A DNA stretch of 64,000 bases from positions 105,710,001-105,774,000 of the forward strand of contig OX597823.1 in the NCBI GenBank assembly GCA_951406725.2, read 5' to 3'. The notes beneath the pieces were generated by a model. The model saw only the letters and a list, made by a program, of their open reading frames with translations, was not told the DNA's origin and did no database searches. Shown in pieces: positions 56,069 to 64,000 of this stretch. A program made the position numbers and the translations under genes. Numbering within the stretch: the first letter of the stretch is position 1; each line of letters begins with the position of its first letter. This DNA is from Octopus vulgaris (lineage: Eukaryota).

Positions 56069-56465
56069 TTGGTGGTAGTAGTATTAATGGTGGTGGTGTT
56101 GGTTGTAGTAGTTGCAGTAGTAGTAATAGTAATGGTGGTGGTGGTGGTTGTGGTTGTAGTAGTAGTAGTATAATGGGGGGTTGTGGTGTCGGTGGTAGTA
56201 GTGGCAGTGTACTAGTAGTGGTGGTGTCGGTGTTTTTGTGTAGTGGTAGTATTAACAGTAGTAGTGGTGGACATTGTAGTTGTAGCTGCTATTATTCCAG
56301 CAGTAGTGTTGCCATTGGTGGTGGTGATATGGTGATGGTGCAGGTAGTAGTAGTAGTAGTGGCAGCAGCAGCAGATGCATTACTACTACTCAATTAGTAG
56401 TAGTTGTAGTGGTGGTTGTAGCAACAGCAGTAGTAGCGGCAGTAGCTGCTGTAGTAGTAGTAGTA

Positions 56466-56509
<44 letters not shown>

Positions 56510-56721
56510 AGTAGTAGTAGTTGTAGTAGTAGTAGTGGTAGTAGTAGTAGTGGTAGTAGTAGTAGTTGTAGTAGCAGTAGTAGTAGTAGTGGTAGTAGTA
56601 GTTGTGGTAGTAGTTGTAGTAGTAGTGGTAGTAGTGGTATTAGTAGTAGTAGTAGAAGTAGCTGCTGTTGTTGTTGTTGTAGCAGTAGCAGTAGCAGCAG
56701 CAGCAACTGCAGTGGTGGTGA

Positions 56722-56753
<32 letters not shown>

Positions 56754-57720
56754 AGAAAAAGATGATGACGACGATGATGATAATGACGACGAAGATGATA
56801 ATGATGATGATGATGATGATGATGGTAATGGCGATGATGATAATGACGATGATGATGACGGTGATGACGACGACGAAGATGATGATTATGATAATGATGA
56901 TGACGGTGACGATGAGGATGATGACGATGATGACGATGATGATTATGATGCTGATGATGAGGTGGTGGTGGTGGACATCGGTGATGGGCGGCCGAATGGA
57001 TCTCGTTTAAAGGATGGTGGTGGGTTTGTGGTGTGGAGGGGATGTCGGAGAATGGCGGTATGGGAAGTGGTTGGGGGGGGTGGGGGTGAGTGACCAATCC
57101 CACCCACTCTTACCCGACCACCCATACCCCATTAACAGAGGACAAAGGAAGCAGAGAGAGAAAAAAAAATGGAGGGATTATGTAAATAACTGAAGGTAAA
57201 GAACGATTTGTTGGTGTCGAAGTGGAAGTGGTGGTGGTGGTGGTGGTGGTGGTGTCAGTGGTGGTGGTTGTTGTTGTTGTAGTGGTTGTGATAGGTCGTG
57301 ACGGTTTCGGTGATGGTGGTCGTTGTGTCGGTGAATGTGGTGGTGGTAAGTGGTAGTGGTGGTTGTGGTGATGACGATGGTTGTGGTTATGGTGGTGGTG
57401 GTGATGGTGGTGGTGGTTATGGTGGTGGTGGTGGTGGTGGCGGTCTTGGTGATCGATGTGGTCATAGTGGTGATGGCGGTGGTGTGGTTGACGCTGGTGG
57501 CATTGGTTGTGGTCCTGATGGTGTTGATGTTGATGGTGATGCTAGTGGTGGTGATGGTGGTTGTGGTGACGGTGGTACTCGTGTTTCTGTTGGCGGTGGG
57601 ATGCTCGTTGTTGTAGTAGTTGTTGTTGGTGGTGGTAGTGGTGGTGGTGGTTATTCTGGTGTTGAGGATGTTGGTCCTGGCGGTGGTGCATGTGTCGGCA
57701 GTCGTGCTGTAGTGTAGGTG
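56018..57720. repeat. Degenerate (AGT/GGT/GAT)n trinucleotide tracts
   Basis: Triplet mosaics directly visible. Confidence 0.9.
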
Positions 57721-57824
57721 GCGTTGGTGTGGGTATCCGTGATAGTGCTCATAGAGGCGGTGGCTGTGAGGGCGATGGTGGTGTGGGGACGGAGTTTCGC
57801 AGGAGGAGAGATGTGATGTTGCAT

Positions 57825-58004
57825 AGAAAGGATAGTGTTTAGGTGTTTATGAGGAGAGAGAGAGAGAGAGGTGCAGCATGATGAGGAAGAGAAGGGAGAG
57901 AAAACAGAGGAAGAAAGGATAGTGTTTAGGTGTTTATGAGGAGAGAGAGAGAGAGAGGTGCAGCATGATGAGGAAGAGAAGGGAGAGAAAACAGAGGAAG
58001 AAAG
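57825..58004. repeat. Perfect 87-bp tandem duplication
   Basis: AGAAAGGATAGTGTTTAGG...CAGAGGA occurs twice, with identical GA-run length. Confidence 0.93.
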
Positions 58005-58239
58005 TGAAGTGGAAACAGCAAAGAGTTAAGGAGCGAAAGAATGAGGATAAGAAGAGGGGAGCAGAAAGAGGGGAAATATACATAGTGAACGTAAAGAACA
58101 AGGAATGGTACATATACATAAAAAGAACTTAAAACGCAGAGAGTGTGTGTGAGAGGGAGGTGAGAAAGCGAATTAGATAGAGTGAGATGCAGAATGTAGA
58201 TACGAAAGAAGTTGTGAGAAAGATATCATGAAGAATAAT

Positions 58240-58282
<43 letters not shown>

Positions 58283-58355
58283 TGGGAGAGAGAATCAAGA
58301 AGAAACAGGGAGTTATAAAGTAATATATATATATATACATATACATAAATATACT

Positions 58356-58389
<34 letters not shown>

Positions 58390-58422
58390 AGTATATACAT
58401 ATATATATATATATATACATAT

Positions 58423-58527
<105 letters not shown>

Positions 58528-58530
58528 CAT

Positions 58531-58578
<48 letters not shown>

Positions 58579-58587
58579 TATATAAAG

Positions 58588-58629
<42 letters not shown>

Positions 58630-58649
58630 TATATAAATGTGTGTGTGTT

Positions 58650-58695
<46 letters not shown>

Positions 58696-58707
58696 CATAT
58701 GTGTGTG

Positions 58708-58759
<52 letters not shown>

Positions 58760-59077
58760 AAGACACATACACTGAGAAGGAGAGATGAAGAAAGAGTGAG
58801 AGGGAGGTGGACAAATGATTACAGAAATGAGAGGGAGTGGAGATGGTCAAAGAGAAGAGGAAATTGATGTAGGGGAATAACGGTAAAAATGTAATATGAA
58901 GACATATTTACGTTTATGTAAGCACAAAGATACAGAACTGCAAACATACAAGTATGCATTCATACATGCAGTCATGCATATACACATACAAGCATACAAA
59001 CATACGTACAGACGTACATAAACAGTATGTACTTATATACATACATGTGTGTAAGTGTATGGATTTATATATATATG

Positions 59078-59412
<335 letters not shown>

Positions 59413-59520
59413 TATAATAAGAATATATATATATATATTTAAATCCATACTTGTGAGAATATGTAGATATATAAATACATTTATACTTATCTTCATCCAA
59501 ATATTTATAAATATACATAC

Positions 59521-59598
<78 letters not shown>

Positions 59599-59657
59599 GT
59601 ATATACATATATGTAGGCAGATATATGCGTGCATGTGTGTGTATGTATGTGTGTGTT

Positions 59658-59711
<54 letters not shown>

Positions 59712-60592
59712 TGTATTTCAATGAACAAATATCTATAGAGAACGAGAAGGGGTAGAGAGAGAGGGGGTGGGAGACAAGAGAGGATTATTTAAAAGGTAAA
59801 ATTATCAGGAAAGGAAACGCTGGGCGATGGTGAGAAGGGACCAAGACGTTCAGAGAGATTGTTTTGCTTGCTTAGACAAATACCTTAGATGCGTAGACGG
59901 TCAAATACACACACACACACACACACATGTCTTAAGTGGACAATTCCAGTTGTTCGGTCATATATATTAAGGTAACGTGGTTGAGTACACCACGGACACG
60001 TGTACCCAGAATGCAATAGCGTAACACGGGGCTTGATTTGATTGGGATCCATTGGTTAAAATTACAAGTCTGATGGCGTCCACACAATTTCCGTTCAGTA
60101 AATTTCTTTCATTCCCAACTCCTGGGTCGACCCGAGATTATGGTAAAAATAATGTTTGGCCTAGATGCAAAATAGCTAGCAACTTTGCCATGTGCGTGCC
60201 TCTGGGTGTGAGTGTGTGTGTATGTGTGTGTGTGAGTGTGTGTTTACAAACACATATGTATACATATATATACACACACATATATATGTAGTGCGTGTTT
60301 GTGAGTGTGTACATATATACACGCACAGAGAAATCATTTCAAAGATGAATAGACATCCACTTATCACAGCAATGGATAAAGAGTTACAGAAATATACTTA
60401 AATAATTTACATATATAGCCATACACATAAACATGTATTTATACATACGTGTATGTACATATATATACATATATATATATATAAATATATATATATATAC
60501 ATATATATATACATACATATCTACGTAAATCTAGTAAATCTATATGTGTATATACATATAAATATTCATATATATATATATATACATATAAA

Positions 60593-60683
<91 letters not shown>

Positions 60684-60728
60684 AAATACAAAATGGGACA
60701 AGAACGCAAAACATCCGGATATATATAA

Positions 60729-60986
<258 letters not shown>

Positions 60987-61977
60987 CTTGAAAATGGAAG
61001 ACCATTTAGACAACGACCAGATCGAGTGTTCAAGATGCGGTGGATGGAGAAACGTAAGGCGACAGTAGCCTAAATGTACGACAGCAGAAGAGTAAGAGGA
61101 AAAAAATAACATGAGGGGGACAGAAAGACGAAATAAAGGACACTTTTGTTAAGATGGAATATATGGTTTTCGCTGCAATATGGGTTTTGCCATAAAAACT
61201 GTGGGCAATGGCTGTGAATGATAGGCTAAAATATGGCTGTGTATGTTCCTGTTAGAATATCTCTGTGTATCGGTATAAGTGTTTGTATTTATGAGTATGT
61301 GTGTGTGAATGTGTGTGTGTGTGTGTGTGTGTGTATATAGATAAGGTAGTTGTGAATGACGGAGTGTACGTCTATTCGTTGGTTTATGCCTGTATGCATA
61401 TATATGTATATGTGTGTATATTTATTCACATACACGCACACACACACACATATATATACATACATACCTCCATGTATAAGTAACCTTTTGCACATTTACA
61501 TGTATACATATATGCATACTCACACCCACATATAAACGCCTACACGTACCTGTGTATAAATTGTGTATGTTTGTCAATATATAACTATATGCACGTCTGT
61601 TAGTATATATACATATTAATGTATGTATGCATGCATATATATGTGTATATATTTATATAAACATATATATACTTACATATGTATATATATGTATATATGC
61701 GCAGATAATTCTCTGTCTCTTTGCATGTCCTCCTTTCTCTGTCTCTTTTCTTCCTCCATATTCCTCTCTCAATATATGTTGGCATATATTTATATTTTTG
61801 GATATATATATATATATATATGTTTGCGTGAGTGTACATATACATATGCATATAATGAATGCATAGATAGATAAATAGATACATACCTGCCTGCATGAAT
61901 ATTAATAAATAAATATATATATGTGTATATATATATGTATATATATATATATATATATAAATATAAATACATATATA

Positions 61978-62089
<112 letters not shown>

Positions 62090-63045
62090 TAAATATACAT
62101 ATATATATGATTATATATATATACGTATATATACTCACAGACACACATATAAACCTGTCTGTGTGCGTCTAATACTATTGATACTTATGTATACGTCTGT
62201 GACTGAGTGTGTTACCGTGTTTGTGATTTTAGATCCACGTGTGTGCATTCATGTTGCCTTGAGAATTACTCAGGAGAATGTGACTGTTTGTGGTTCATGC
62301 TTTGCAGACCGTTTCAGAGGCGTAAGGACAATCCAAAAATATTTACATTGAAAAACCTCAAAACATGTACTTATACACACACACGCACACAGAAACATAT
62401 ATGTATATATATATGCTCATATATATAAACATGTGTTAATATATGCATATATATTTCTATATGTGTGTATTTATATATATATATATATATATAGATGGAA
62501 TTTACAAAAAAATAACAAAAGACGAAGCCAGGTGTATAAACAACAAACAGGTGTTAATGTATTTATATTTGCATATGCATATATTCATGTATATAGATAT
62601 ATGTATGTATACATTTCTATATACCTCTTTGTATTCGTATGAATGAATAAAGTTATAATTTGTCTACATGTAGAAAATAACGTGTATGTATATATATCTA
62701 CACATTTATTAAGTTTGCCCACTTTCATATATGCAACCACATAAACATATACACTCACACACATATAACAAGCCCCACTCACACACACATACACATATGC
62801 AAATTAGCATGAAAATATTTGTAGGCTCATCAACTTGCAAGTACCTAGGTGCTGAATGCAGAAGCATGCATCCCTATTGGCACACAAGCACTTGGAGAGA
62901 CAGACATACGTGCACATCTATGCCTACATATACGTACATATACGGATATATTCACGCAGCTACTCGCTTTTGTAACATGAACATAAATATACGCGTATAA
63001 ACATTCATACTCGCCTTGCTAATATTTGTATTTGCAACAGTGCTT

Positions 63046-63124
<79 letters not shown>

Positions 63125-63291
63125 GAGAGATAGATATACAAGTTTACACACACTTATACATATTTGCGTCTGTATATATGCGTTTATATATGGGTATGCA
63201 TATGTACAAATATGAGCATATATATGTATTTAAATATACATACATGCACATAAATACACACATATATATATACTCAATAGATACATATCCA

Positions 63292-63323
<32 letters not shown>

Positions 63324-63406
63324 ATATACACGCTCACATATAGTTTCCTAGAAACAAAGAAAAATTATGCCTGTGAAGTAGCAGTAATATAGCAAGATAG
63401 AATGTA

Positions 63407-63452
<46 letters not shown>

Positions 63453-63959
63453 GCAGAGAGAGAGACAGAGACAGACAGAGACAGAGCCAGAGACAGAGAG
63501 AGAAAGAGAAGGCAAGAGAGGGAAAGAGAGAGAAAACGACACAGAAGAAGAGTGTTTAGGATACGAGTGTGTACATATGGTAAATAATAAGTAAAAATTT
63601 ATAAATAAAATCTATCCCCAGTGACAACAACAATATCATCGTAAACAAAATCAAGAACATCACCCAATGAAAACAACAAGAAGAACAACAGTTCTATGGG
63701 CAAACGCCGGCGAAGTATTCGCGAAAGCGAAAGAAGAGATGAAGACCAGGAAAAAATATATATATAGAATCGAGGGGAACAATTTAACACAAAAAAAGAG
63801 AGAAAGAAATACAAATAAAACTTCAGCAGATGCATGGTTATGGCACTGGTGGAGGTATTTGGTGAAGTATTCCTTCCACATCTGTTTGGATAATGTAACC
63901 TGGTAAATCGTTAATGGACATCGGTGGAATGATTCCAGTCACCTCTACCGCTCGCGCGT

Positions 63960-64000
<41 letters not shown>

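Overview
Eukaryotic, AT-rich, extremely microsatellite-dense non-coding DNA ((TA)n, (CA)n, (GA)n, (TAA)n, (TAG)n, (GAT)n, (TATC)n). The SINE families and repeat landscape look like an octopod cephalopod (Octopus) genome; this is an inference. I recognise no host protein-coding exon, and almost every ORF in the track is a microsatellite translation artefact. Supported content: (1) four fragments of R4/Dong-like non-LTR retrotransposons with a restriction-like endonuclease; one keeps an open ~428-codon 3' frame (35942-37225) and sits inside (TAA)n. (2) A ~550-bp non-coding, 5'-truncating, (AAT)n-tailed element (family C, 5 copies) that shares the (TAA)n niche and polarity. (3) A decayed D,D34D mariner with TIRs and TA TSD (29222-30466). 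(4) The 3' end of an L1/Tx1-like LINE with a ~300-bp inverted copy 460 bp away. (5) At least four tRNA-derived SINE families, including a dimer with a 16-bp TSD. (6) Most strikingly, small islands in or next to (TA)n tracts that fold into type I minimal hammerhead ribozymes, probably Penelope-like element termini: three near-intact, one core variant and several remnants. The window reads as an ecosystem of microsatellite-targeted retroelements partitioned by repeat motif. All alignments and folds were done by eye.
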